Shown here: piece by piece, positions 31,401 through 39,900 of the stretch
Numbering within the stretch: position 1 is the first letter of the stretch
How the letters are laid out: every line of letters starts with the position of its first letter
Origin: Bacilli bacterium
Lineage (GTDB): Bacteria; Bacillota_I; Bacilli_A; RFN20; DUOF01
NCBI GenBank assembly: GCA_045128835.1
Contig: JBGVRX010000017.1
Span: forward strand, 28,938 to 92,937
Reading direction: 5' to 3'
Length of the DNA stretch: 64,000 nt
Program-made: the position numbers and the translations under genes
Notes under the pieces: model-generated
The model's database searches: none
The model's input: only the letters and a program-made list of their open reading frames with translations
What the model was told of the DNA's origin: nothing

Positions 31401-33916
31401 ACTTGATAATTCATGTTTGCTGCAGAACCAGATATTAAATAGTAATCAATATAATTACCATAAGCATCTGTCACTACAGTTTCACCTTCAACAGTTCTAT
31501 AAACAGTTACTCTTAATTCTTGTTGACAGAACTCTATTGTCGCACCATTAATTGGATATGCTCCTCTACATTCTTTTATAGAGAATTCTATATCATCTTC
31601 ACCATATATTTTACTCGCACTTTCAATATACACTGAAATATGTTTTGGTTTAATTAGGAAAGCACCTTCACCAAAATCAAGATAATAGTTATCTACTCCA
31701 CCGTTATATTGTTCATAAACATGAAGTGTACCTACCATTATTCTTCTTGCAACAAGATTACCTTCTGTGTCATACCATACAGCCTCACTAACGCTCCAGC
31801 TTCCTTCATCCATCCAAATTTCAATTCCTTCTTCTGGATTGCCCATATATCTTTCGATATCACCAATTAGTCTATCTCCAGTATTTGGAGCAAAAGTACA
31901 ACGATAATCTTGATTATATAGAGGGTCTGTAGGATCACAAACTCTCATATCAATTTCATAAGTTAATGCTGGATCATCATCCAAATAATACTTTTCTTTA
32001 TCATGAGCAATAACTTTAATAGTTCTTTGCTTAATTGTAAATACCGCACCTTCTTCATAGTGTAAATAATACAAGTCACTTGGCACACGAAGGTTATTAT
32101 AATAAATTTTATAATCACCAACATAATGCGCATTTAATATATACAATTCTCCACTAATAGAGTCACCTTCAAGTAACTCTTCTGAACAAGGAACATTATT
32201 TCCTTCTCTAGTTACACAATGATAAGTTACAACAATATCATCAGCTGTTTTATCACCATAAATAATATATTGTGAATAGTCCGCTTCCACGTGAATCTTT
32301 CTAGCACGAACTTCCGCAATTAGAGAAATAGAGGCAGAAACGTTTCCGGCTTCGTCAACAGCTCTAACAAATATATTATATTCACCTAATACATTTAATC
32401 TTTGATTTTCATCAACAGGAAGTCTGCTAAAATCCAAATAGTATTCTATTGTTTTTGGGCTTCCAGGATACAAACTGTTATCAGTAACGATTATTCCATA
32501 CTTAGCTTCAATTTCTGCTGCTGTTGGATATGGGTCATTAATATAAAAGTCTGTTCTGTTATATGTTTTATTAATAGTTGGATTTGTATTATCGACAGAT
32601 ACTACATAACTATCTCTTTCAACACTGTTACCAGCTTCATCTGTAACTTTATATCTAACAATAATATCTCTTACTGTATATAAGTATTGTCTAAAGTCAC
32701 TTCCTAGAGGCGAACCAATTGAGCCACCAACAACAGTATAATAACTTGCTTCTATTATTATATTCTCACTTAAAGTAACATTATCATAAACAAATACTTG
32801 AGCAAGGGGATTAAATAAATTTACGCTTTCTGTATAAACAGTCATTGTTTCTAAAATTTGAACAAACGGAGCTTCTTTATCAATGTTTGTTACTTCAAAG
32901 ACAAATTCCGCTTCCGATAAGTTTAACGAGCGCGCATATATTGAATAAACACCATTGCTATCAACAATTATTTGCATTGAATCTTTAATCGATGTTGTAT
33001 TGCCATTAAATTCATATTGAAGAACGCTTAAATCATCACTACTTAAAATATAATCAGTATCAAAGAATTTTACAATTACATCAATTGGATAACTATGATT
33101 AATTGGACCCGTTACACTAGGATTTATTTCAATAACTATTTCTGGATCTCTTAAGTTATCAATAACAACTTCCAATCTAAGGGTATATCCGAACACATCT
33201 GTTATTTCAATTAAATATGTTCCATTTTGACGAACAGTAAAATAATAATTGTTAACACTTTCATATAAAGCATTTACAACCGTTTGATTTTCACTACCTT
33301 GAAGAAGATATGTAACATCTTTAAAAACATACTCGTCGATTTTACCTTTACCCGGAATTTCTTCTGGCAAAGTAACATTAACCTTATATGGACTAGCGCC
33401 ATTCTCTTCGTTTTCTTTAATGATTAAAATATCTTCTGGAGTTAACTCTCCAATATTTCTTTTTTGGTCAACTCCCACAATAATCTTATCCACTATCGCA
33501 GAATCGCTTGGATTATAAGAAAATTCAGTAAGTAGTAATATTGTTATATATTTTTCACCATAACTTTTATTTTTTAAAGTATATGTTATCTTACTAGCAA
33601 ATTCAGAACTAACATTTCTTTCATAATGAACTAAATCCGTTAATGAATAGCCACTTTCTACTATAGCAATAGAATTTACATATTCATTAGCAATTGCTTC
33701 TTGTTGAATATCTATAGTTACCTCGGTGTCTCCAATATAATCAGCGCCATAGTTAACTATTGCCCAATAACCTAATTTTTCTCCTATTCCTGCATTTGCA
33801 AAAATATTTTCTGGCAAATCATCTTGGGCTAACACAACATTAGAAGTATTAAAACCTAGATTTAAGAAAAGGAAAGCAAAAGCTAATATAATAGCACTAA
33901 AAAATCTTTTCACCAT
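25403..33916 (-). CDS. Giant surface protein 1 (2837 aa): signal peptide, Ig-like N-terminal region, block of about 10 MBG(YGX)-type modules, about 7 tandem DUF5011-type Ig domains, C-terminal TM anchor plus KRRKK and a poly-Glu tail
   Basis: 8.5-kb uninterrupted ORF in 30%-GC DNA. Signal peptide MVKRFFSAIILAFAFLFLNLGF. Repeated K-x-YG-(E/D)-x-DP…TY…G-x-L-x-R…GE-x-VG-x-Y modules. Repeated PP(V/I)(I/V)-L-x-G…GAT-A-x-D-x-YDG…GTY-x-V-x-Y-x-A-x-D-x-(A/S)GN modules. C-terminal GYAAIAFLIFALVAFFFVIFLKRRKKEEEEEEEEEIIYEDM. Start at ATG 33916 (9 nt after AAAGGAGA) preferred over the track's GTG at 33925. Confidence 0.85.
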   Translation of the reverse strand: MVKRFFSAIILAFAFLFLNLGFNTSNVVLAQDDLPENIFANAGIGEKLGYWAIVNYGADYIGDTEVTIDIQQEAIANEYVNSIAIVESGYSLTDLVHYERNVSSEFASKITYTLKNKSYGEKYITILLLTEFSYNPSDSAIVDKIIVGVDQKRNIGELTPEDILIIKENEENGASPYKVNVTLPEEIPGKGKIDEYVFKDVTYLLQGSENQTVVNALYESVNNYYFTVRQNGTYLIEITDVFGYTLRLEVVIDNLRDPEIVIEINPSVTGPINHSYPIDVIVKFFDTDYILSSDDLSVLQYEFNGNTTSIKDSMQIIVDSNGVYSIYARSLNLSEAEFVFEVTNIDKEAPFVQILETMTVYTESVNLFNPLAQVFVYDNVTLSENIIIEASYYTVVGGSIGSPLGSDFRQYLYTVRDIIVRYKVTDEAGNSVERDSYVVSVDNTNPTINKTYNRTDFYINDPYPTAAEIEAKYGIIVTDNSLYPGSPKTIEYYLDFSRLPVDENQRLNVLGEYNIFVRAVDEAGNVSASISLIAEVRARKIHVEADYSQYIIYGDKTADDIVVTYHCVTREGNNVPCSEELLEGDSISGELYILNAHYVGDYKIYYNNLRVPSDLYYLHYEEGAVFTIKQRTIKVIAHDKEKYYLDDDPALTYEIDMRVCDPTDPLYNQDYRCTFAPNTGDRLIGDIERYMGNPEEGIEIWMDEGSWSVSEAVWYDTEGNLVARRIMVGTLHVYEQYNGGVDNYYLDFGEGAFLIKPKHISVYIESASKIYGEDDIEFSIKECRGAYPINGATIEFCQQELRVTVYRTVEGETVVTDAYGNYIDYYLISGSAANMNYQVEFFDAYLTILRRDISISVKGDLDENGNPTGKYTIYYEDNIPYLEVYDSSVGTATGLVNNANLGIADKFSPEGASLYTQGGDLITEYVNGIGVYVINKGSLRILDKDNMDAEYNYNVTFNPGELEVIRKEIWIKIIKDLSKVYGDEDKVFTDYDLTGYDEYVILEANGRFVIEITPSSVEGEEPYIPRDNDRMKYHLIRAEGIYVGYYPITIEKLEGCENYDVYLFQEYKFEIVKRLLRVSIENQTIIYKEVLQDEIEFTVGGDIIDGVWVDDLQYADYLEGTPDAGEYRNVGVYQIGVGSIRVYADVEDEKLDVTNNYTISTSGGVLKIVQREVSIEVKSGQGKQYGNDDPKLEFIVYYNGVIEEMLEYDYKGWLGRDAGEEPGDYAINWGTFELILHGKNEDGERVANYLITEFRNYHPFRIEKRTILVKARDVSAIYGNEYQKDIVYDTSGSKLAYNLTLEIDGSPIYDILDGSLKILGTVDGVGTYTISCEDIKIVRRYTGEDVTHKYYNYSFENGTLTIVPRTIKITPDDGQFKKYGESDIGITFTYTPALLDEGDEFVGTLKRTPRDVNGVMVTEDVGEYLISLGTLSVNTPSGKPNYELVLDGSRTFTINPRSLVLKASDIEIYYGDPFELAYTISGDGVANNPDIGVVDSIEGELNLDREYAGYGTYRILGDNITVTNIRNYNYSFLPGLLIVNKRVVTITPSESTLYKVYGEDDPDYFKFTIDFAGATYTGELDREPGEDVGKYRILLGTLSFGPNFDMVLNEAYFTVMARIIEVKAENNGKLYGTADPQLTYNYIGTLIGNDRFYGSLVRDAGEEVGEYEIMQGSLSINSNYQIIYTPGVFTIRYAEFTGLTIYSLTSNQYQVKGEEEEVRLYVRFNEGADETNIGDVVWTIIKNEELEWEFTKDPINNIISFFPSGSIGTYVVSASYGGKTAYYEVFVEIDTVGTVYIRWVNGSTEQILGKEERITYMVIVPENASSDATVQWIINGTTIKANKVTNIYFDYTPNLGKGEYKIQAKIGGKTSDPLFFYVRNNNPPVITLNGNPVVYIEAKTGVDYIEQGATVIDDIDGDITDSLVITGYVNEEVKGTYYIKYDAKDSHGNNAISVYRQVVVRDTTPPVVNLIGNREIKLLYGQAYVEYGATAVDNYDGPLEVLINNPIIIDKIGTYEVTYVAYDESGNRGSTVRYVEIIDNVSPVITLIGDEVTYVEVYSEFKDEGALVEDNVDGTFIMPGSSFYFGEELVNRIDTSRLGTYYVHYDYQDTAGNIGAGKVRIVIVRDSTPPVIVLNGTNPYIIRYSYPELNYEEPGAVAKDNYDSYVPVTITGQIGNELGTYYLYYDAVDAHGNIAQTVTREIIVVDVQNPIIHFYAKCPQYITIEALYEEYDLRCDAPGYGIWVEDDYMEDLDELQKRVVVTGTVDNTRIGLYTIRYDVSDMAGNAAVTLNRYVEVVDTTAPTITLKCANDLPCEDDTSQIVEVFTMYEEFGAIVYDRYDEYHGITVNLVVNHNINVNKLGEYIVTYNATDSNGNKAEPVIRRVYVKDTTPPVVTLIGENPITIERGLEYVEYGATAIDNYDGPMPHVTIINAPSGMALGVYEVIYKAIDSSGNVGEATRIVYVVDTIPPIVLGVEDGKYYKEPVSIYFIPTLGTDEKLIGWLNGEEISSPHFVEAEGEYNLLVRDDAGNETRIWFAIDSTPPQILGVRNGEYTNREVVEVYSNEKIKYYEYRYQNGEWVRTDEQVLSFSHEGTYRVYAVDMADNVSSVVMFVVDRTAPNFSLTGVINKGITNTDVNLITEENATIAVNSKYNIPTLYTFTNDGYYQVVIRDLAGNTVNLQFVINKTRSVIINEKLVNIISQHNAIDKVSISGTSYSRNNGILIAMPLIDGGFQYVSGKLFSESEYQTLISGGIVEIKVAGTDDTYMFVGFVVEAEELNKFGSQTVDGDESEDGGLGYAAIAFLIFALVAFFFVIFLKRRKKEEEEEEEEEIIYEDM
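25424..25450 (-). repeat. (GAA/GAG)9 microsatellite-like run encoding the C-terminal poly-Glu of giant protein 1
   Basis: ctcttcttc ctcttcttc ctcttcttt on the plus strand, E9 in frame. Confidence 0.8.
26520..28270 (-). repeat. Protein-level tandem array of about 7 Ig-like DUF5011-type domains within giant gene 1 (approx. aa 1885–2470)
   Basis: Seven consecutive 75–90-aa units beginning PPV(I/V)(T/V)L(N/I)G and ending …D-x-(S/A)GN-x-(A/G)…R-x-V-x-V-x-D. Bounds from residue counting are approximate. Confidence 0.6.
28860..32040 (-). repeat. Protein-level array of MBG(YGX)-type modules within giant gene 1 (approx. aa 630–1690)
   Basis: Recurring K-x-YG-(E/D)-x-D modules (KVYGDEDKVFTDYDLTG, KQYGNDDPKLEFIVYY, KKYGESDIGITFTYTP, IYYGDPFELAYTISG, KVYGEDDPDYFKFTIDF, KLYGTADPQLTYNYIG…). 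Family name recalled from memory. Confidence 0.5.
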
Positions 33917-33945
33917 TGCTTTCACTCTCCTTTCTTTAAATATAA

Positions 33946-33970
33946 GTAGGGGAAAAGTTTATTTCCCCTT
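33946..33970 (-). terminator. Hairpin AGGGGAAA-N6-TTTCCCCT between giant genes 2 and 1, overlapping the gene-2 stop and abutting the gene-1 RBS
   Basis: Perfect 8-bp stem at about 33948–33969. It is followed on the transcript by ACUUAUAUUU (a weak U-tract) and then AAAGGAGA-N9-ATG of gene 1. Confidence 0.4.
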
Positions 33971-36900
33971 AATTTTTTCTTTTGTTTATCAAACTGAACC
34001 AACAAGCACCTAAACTTGTTAAAAGTAGTCCGATAAGAACAATTATATAACTGCTATTAGGTTGTCCCGACATTTCTACAATTGGAGGTGTTGCCTCAAC
34101 AACAATTGTAAGTTTGACTGGCTCAGCCTCGATAAGTTCACTTTGCCCATCACTACCGTGGAACATGTATTGTAGTGTATAAGTAATTTCATATACACCT
34201 GGAACAGAAGTCGTAAACTCATCCCAAATATTTGCGTTATATTTCTTGTTGTCAACAACTAACTCACCATTATAATAAACAGTTTGAGTTAAGAAGTGAT
34301 TTTTGTCTCCTGCAGTTACCGCTAAGTTGTTTACGATGTTAGCAACATCTTCTCCTTGTTCAACAGTTAAACTGTAAGAATTTGGTTCTACAACATCTAT
34401 TGGTAGACTTGCATTAGCAATTTCTATTTGAGGAATTAATGATGCATAAATAACTCCTCTAGCAATATATACAGATTCATTTCCAGCTTTATCAAATACA
34501 GAATAAATGATTGTATATGTGTAATCTCCTGTGCTTAGATATGCACTTGGATCTTTCTTGATTATCGCATAAATACTATCTTCACCAACTGTTGAATCAA
34601 TTGATGTTGGAATACTTGCAGATAAATCATATGTTTGTTTTGTATTATCTTTATCAAAAGAGTAAATAATGTATCTTCTTTCTTCTGAATAAACGTTTCT
34701 AATATCTAATCCAGCGATACCACCATTCATTGCATATGGGTCACTGCCTAGTCCACCAATATCTTGTTTTACACCAGGTTTTTCTTGGCTTACATCAGCG
34801 TAACTTTCTTGATACAATGTTCCAGCCTCATTCTTTGTGCTTTCAAACAAATAGTGATTTACTAGAATTGAATGATTCTTATCAAATGTTGATGATTTAA
34901 TTTCACTACTTTCATAATTTTCAGGATATGAATCAGCAGCACCTGCATAATATTCTGTATAACCAGTATCACATATTCCCGCTGTTCTACATCCATACTC
35001 ATATACATAAAGTTTTTCACCATTATCTCTACCAAAGTTGATTATTGGACTAGTTCTATCAAGATATGCTGTACGTTTATCTTTATAGTATTTATATTGT
35101 GAAGCTACACCAATTTCTCCCTCAGCTGGCATACCATAAATTAATTGAGATATTGCTTCTGCTTTGGTTGCATCATTTTCTGAAGCCTCACTTACATTCC
35201 ATCCGATATTTGCAAGAGCAGTATTTCTATCTGCATCTCTTAATTTTTGTTCTTCCAAAGTCAATAATTCAAAATCTGCTAAATCTTTATCATATTGACT
35301 AGTATCAACAATATTATAAGTTGTCATTGTTGATGTTGTATTAGATGCTTGACCATCACCATAATACTTATCAACATAACTAACTGTAACAGATGTAGCT
35401 GAAGTAATATCAACTCCGCTATCAACTGCTTTGATTAATATTTCACGTGAACCTTCTGAGTCTAGAGCTAAGTATGACTCACCTTTTGCTCTATCATATA
35501 AGAACCATGTGATACCACCATCTCTAGAATAATAATGATTCCATTGTGAATGGTCTTTAGTGTTTTTAGTTGGGAATAACTCTTCAGTATACGAGTTATC
35601 ACTACCACCAGTTATTGTTAAATAAATACCACTTGTAGAATTGCTCCAACTGTAATGTTTCAATGCTCTTGCATTATTTCCTGCAGGAATCATAATATAT
35701 TTTCCTTGAGCAGCATCTTCAGTATAAGTATATCCTAAAGCGGCATCTGCAACTCTAGAATATTTTGTAAGCGTTGATAAGTTTGCTAATGTAGCTGCAC
35801 CTATATCAACATATGCCCCATTACCTACAGCATTACCTTCACTATCATATCTTAGTAGTACATTAACTGGAACGTATGTATTTTCAGCAACAATCCAGTT
35901 TTCTTCTTTTGTACAATCAGGAACTGTACATTTAACTCTACCGTTGTATAAGTTAACTGTTCCTACAATTGGATTTGTTGTATCCACAATGTGAAGTGTT
36001 CCCACATTCTTATAAGTTGTTTGAAGAACATCTTTTTCATCTACAACCTCGTACATATTACCGTTACTAACATTTCCAGCATTATCCATTACATAGAAGT
36101 GAACATTATAATTTCCAACTCTACTTATATCAAATTCTCCGTTAGTTCCTTGTTTCTCGATAACTATATACCAATACTTATCAAATTTCTTATCTAAAGC
36201 TTCACCATTTCTGATTTCACCTTGGTCATATGCAGTTACACCGAACCAATTAACTAAAGTAATAATAAATTCTTTCAAATTATTTGGTCCTGCATTTTTA
36301 ATGTATTCATCCTTTTGCATTGTGAACGGATAAACAAAATCATTTTCTGTAGCAGGTAAGATTCCACCACTTGTAGCAAACTCTGAATTTCCTTTACCAT
36401 ACTCTAATTCGAAGAATGCAGTAGATGTACAATCATGTTCATTTGTTTCACATTCGCTGATTAATGGCAAGTCGACTTTTATAACTGCCTCATAATTAGT
36501 TGTTTCATTTAACCAGTCAAGGATTGGATCGCCTTCAGTATTTTCAGTCTTACCAACAATACTTATTCCTGATCCACAATTCACATATGTTGTTGTGCTT
36601 TGTTCTCCTACACATTCATACATATATGTACCGATAGCATTTGCTTCAAGATAAACATCTTTTCTATTAACTTCTACTATTGGTTTTACATCATCTTCTT
36701 CAATTCTTAATGCTCCTGGATAGAAGATTACTGCATAGTTGCTATCTTCATAATCCTTATCAGCATCAGTTTTAGATTCACTAACAATACTTAATTTAGT
36801 TGAGTTTCTAACAATTGGAACATAACCAATTAAATTTGTATTAACTGTATCCTTGTGCTCGTTGTAAACTAAATCAGCACAAACATAATCATTCAATAAT

Positions 36901-39900
36901 CCATCTGATCTTAAAGTGTCATAAGCATCTGCAGAAATAATTGTATTACAGTATGCTAATTCACCAGCAAGTTTATCTCCTCTTCTTACTTGATTTGGAT
37001 GAGTACCCCAAATAATCTTGCCATAAGAATCAACACCATAAACAGCCGCCTCTCTGTCACCCGCTGGATATCCTATTCCATTGAATAAGTTGTAATCCAA
37101 ATCTATAGTATTATTTATAGTTGGAAGAGATGGAGCGTTAGTATTTTGACCTACATAATAAATTTCTAAACCTTCTGTGAAGTATGAAGTATTCACATAT
37201 AACGCAACAGATTTTTTGTTTATAGTAAGAGTTCCTGTTGCTTTAAGCATATTGTCATACTCATATGGGTTAGTTGCATCTTTAGTTCTACTTGTCGATG
37301 CATGTGATGTTGTAAATAAACTATCAGATGTCACTGCAGTTTCATCAGCATCGTTATCAAGTACTATCACAAAGTAGTTAGGGTTATATCCAAAATATGT
37401 ATCATAATAATATTTTTCAACACCTGAGGCTGGTCCAGTATAATGACTTGATGCTGGTGCCTCTGGTCTATATGCACTTTGATAATTGTTAGCAGTTATA
37501 CTATCTGTTGTATTTAAGTAACCATATAGTCTTAAATAATATGTACCTGCATCTTCACAGAAGCCATATGTATCACCAGCATATAAACAACTAGCATTCG
37601 CTGTATTTCTTTCATCACGGCTTACATATACACCAAGTTGCTCTGTGTTTTTATTTTCAGCAACGCCATAAACGCTGTAAGCTTTTTGATCTTCTGGAAC
37701 AAGTCCATTTGCAAATTTGCTATTTTGAGAATACAACTTACTATTGTTATATGTTTCTCCTTCAAATGAATAGTTATTTAGAATTGACTCTAATTTAGTC
37801 ATTCCTTCAAAATATTCAACACTGAAGTTATTTCTTAATAGTGTATTGCCTGTCATAAGAATTCCTGCTTCATTTACACACGGAGACAACATTGCCCCAT
37901 CAATAAACTCACAACTTACAACATCTGTTGTTTGACCATAAGTCTTAACAACGTTTTCAATTTGAACACCTACTGGTCTTGGAATTATTGTGAATTTGAT
38001 TCCTTCAACAAATTCTAAACCATAGTTATTAACATTCCATTCATTAACAGCAACCTTAATACCATTAACTATGTTATAAACGCCTGCAGCTTGAGACCAA
38101 CCATCAACGTACAAGTAACCTAATAAAATTCTACTTGTTTCTCCATAGCTCAATGTTCTATCTGCGTTACATCCTTCAGTTGCATCTTTACACACTGTAT
38201 CAAAATATAAACTTCCTATAACGCTACCTTGATTTACAAGTTCTTCAACATTTGCTTTTAAACCACTCTCAGCTTTACCGTAGTTTCTGATTGTTCCGTT
38301 ATTTTCTCCATATGCAAATCCAGAGATATAAACAACATCACCCTCAACAAGATAAATATAATTTCCTGTGCCTGCATCATTTTTAATAAACGTCTTTGTG
38401 GATGCATCGTAATCAAATGAATCCAATTGAACTAACGTCTTTGTTACATTGCCCGCAGATACAACTTTAATAATATTAGAATCTTTAATTGAATAATATG
38501 ATTTAGAAACTGTATATGTTGTTACAACTTGGAATGTCAATTCCTTGTCTTTTTCACCATAAACCTTATATTGTCCAGTTTGAGTTGTATCCGTAACATT
38601 GTCTTCTACAGAAACGCTATCTGGAGTTATAGTTACTTTAGCCGCTTTAATTTCATATGTCACACCTTCTGCGAAAGTAAGGACATAGTTTCCTGTTTTA
38701 TCAGCCAAATCACCAATTGTAATCTCATACACCCCAACATTTCTGTTATATCGAGTATTTTCTGTTGATAGGATTTTTCTATCCAATGCACTTCTAACGC
38801 TACTTTCAGTTTCATACACATCACCGAACACATAATGTTTGATATTAACATTTGCTAATCCAGTATTAGAACTAACTGCACCTGCATTGTATGCACTTGT
38901 AGTCATATTGCTATCTGCGCTATATTCATCTATTCTATCGTTGATATAGAAGCAAGTTCCAACATCAACGCCATTAATTGTTCCGTTATTGTAATAGTTT
39001 ATGTTATTCAAGCACACTCCAGCAGCACTACCCGCTGTTGTATCATGAACTAATCCGTAAGTTTGAATCAATCCATCTCCTGGAGTTCTAACCAAACTGT
39101 CTGTATATGTGATAGTTGGAATCAAAGTTCCGTGATAATCACCATACATAAACCCTTGTCCGCTATCTGGTGTAATAAGGATTGGTCTAGGAACAATATT
39201 AACATGTCCTATTTGATAATTAACTTTATAGTTGAATCCAGGAACTGTATTATATGCTTGCTCGATGTAAGCTAGAGTTTCATAAACACTCTTACCTTCT
39301 ACGGCAGTTGTATTACATTTTAGCACTTTAGTATAAGTAAGGCCTTCCGCATCAACTTCATCACTAGAACCATAGAAATAACCGGTCAAATTAACAGTAA
39401 CATTCGTAGATGTTCCACATGAAACATTTTCTCCAAGAACTCTCATAAATCTTACAACAAACTCTTCTTTAAACAACTCTTGGTTCAAAATTCCTGATGT
39501 TGTATATCTAGAAATATGAGTTGCACTTAGTCCATGTTTATCGTTAGGATCTTTATTAATACACTTCATGTTTTCAAAATCAAAATCTTCGCTAGGAGCA
39601 CAAACTAAGATATTGTAATTTTCCACAGCGTCCTTTTCCCCATAAGTTTTATCAAAACTAACGAACGCAATTTTAATTTGTCTTAATACGATTTCGTATT
39701 TAATTGGAGTTAGATCAACATCATCTTCTTCGGTTTCTCCATCTTCATTAACAGCCAAACCATCTTCATAATAATTAACTAAATAATTGTCATATCCATA
39801 TGTACTAGCATATTTATCATTATCTTCTGCAAAACTACCAATCAAGTGAACTGTTCCATAGAAGTCTGGGTTTTCATAAACATACTCATACAAACCTTTT

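Noticed and set aside
26520-32040. Periodic repeats inside the giant genes considered as possible CRISPR or DNA-level tandem repeats
   Set aside because: Periodicity is at the protein level (75–100-aa domains) with diverged nucleotide sequence. There are no short identical direct repeats with unique spacers, and no cas genes.
33917-33925. GTG start for giant protein 1 used by the ORF track
   Set aside because: The GTG abuts the Shine-Dalgarno (0-nt spacer). The ATG three codons downstream has a 9-nt spacer. N-terminal extensions in the track for rbr (77–682), secG (to 5070), csp (to 16099), rpiB (to 22868) and the lipoprotein at 6956 were rejected for the same reason.
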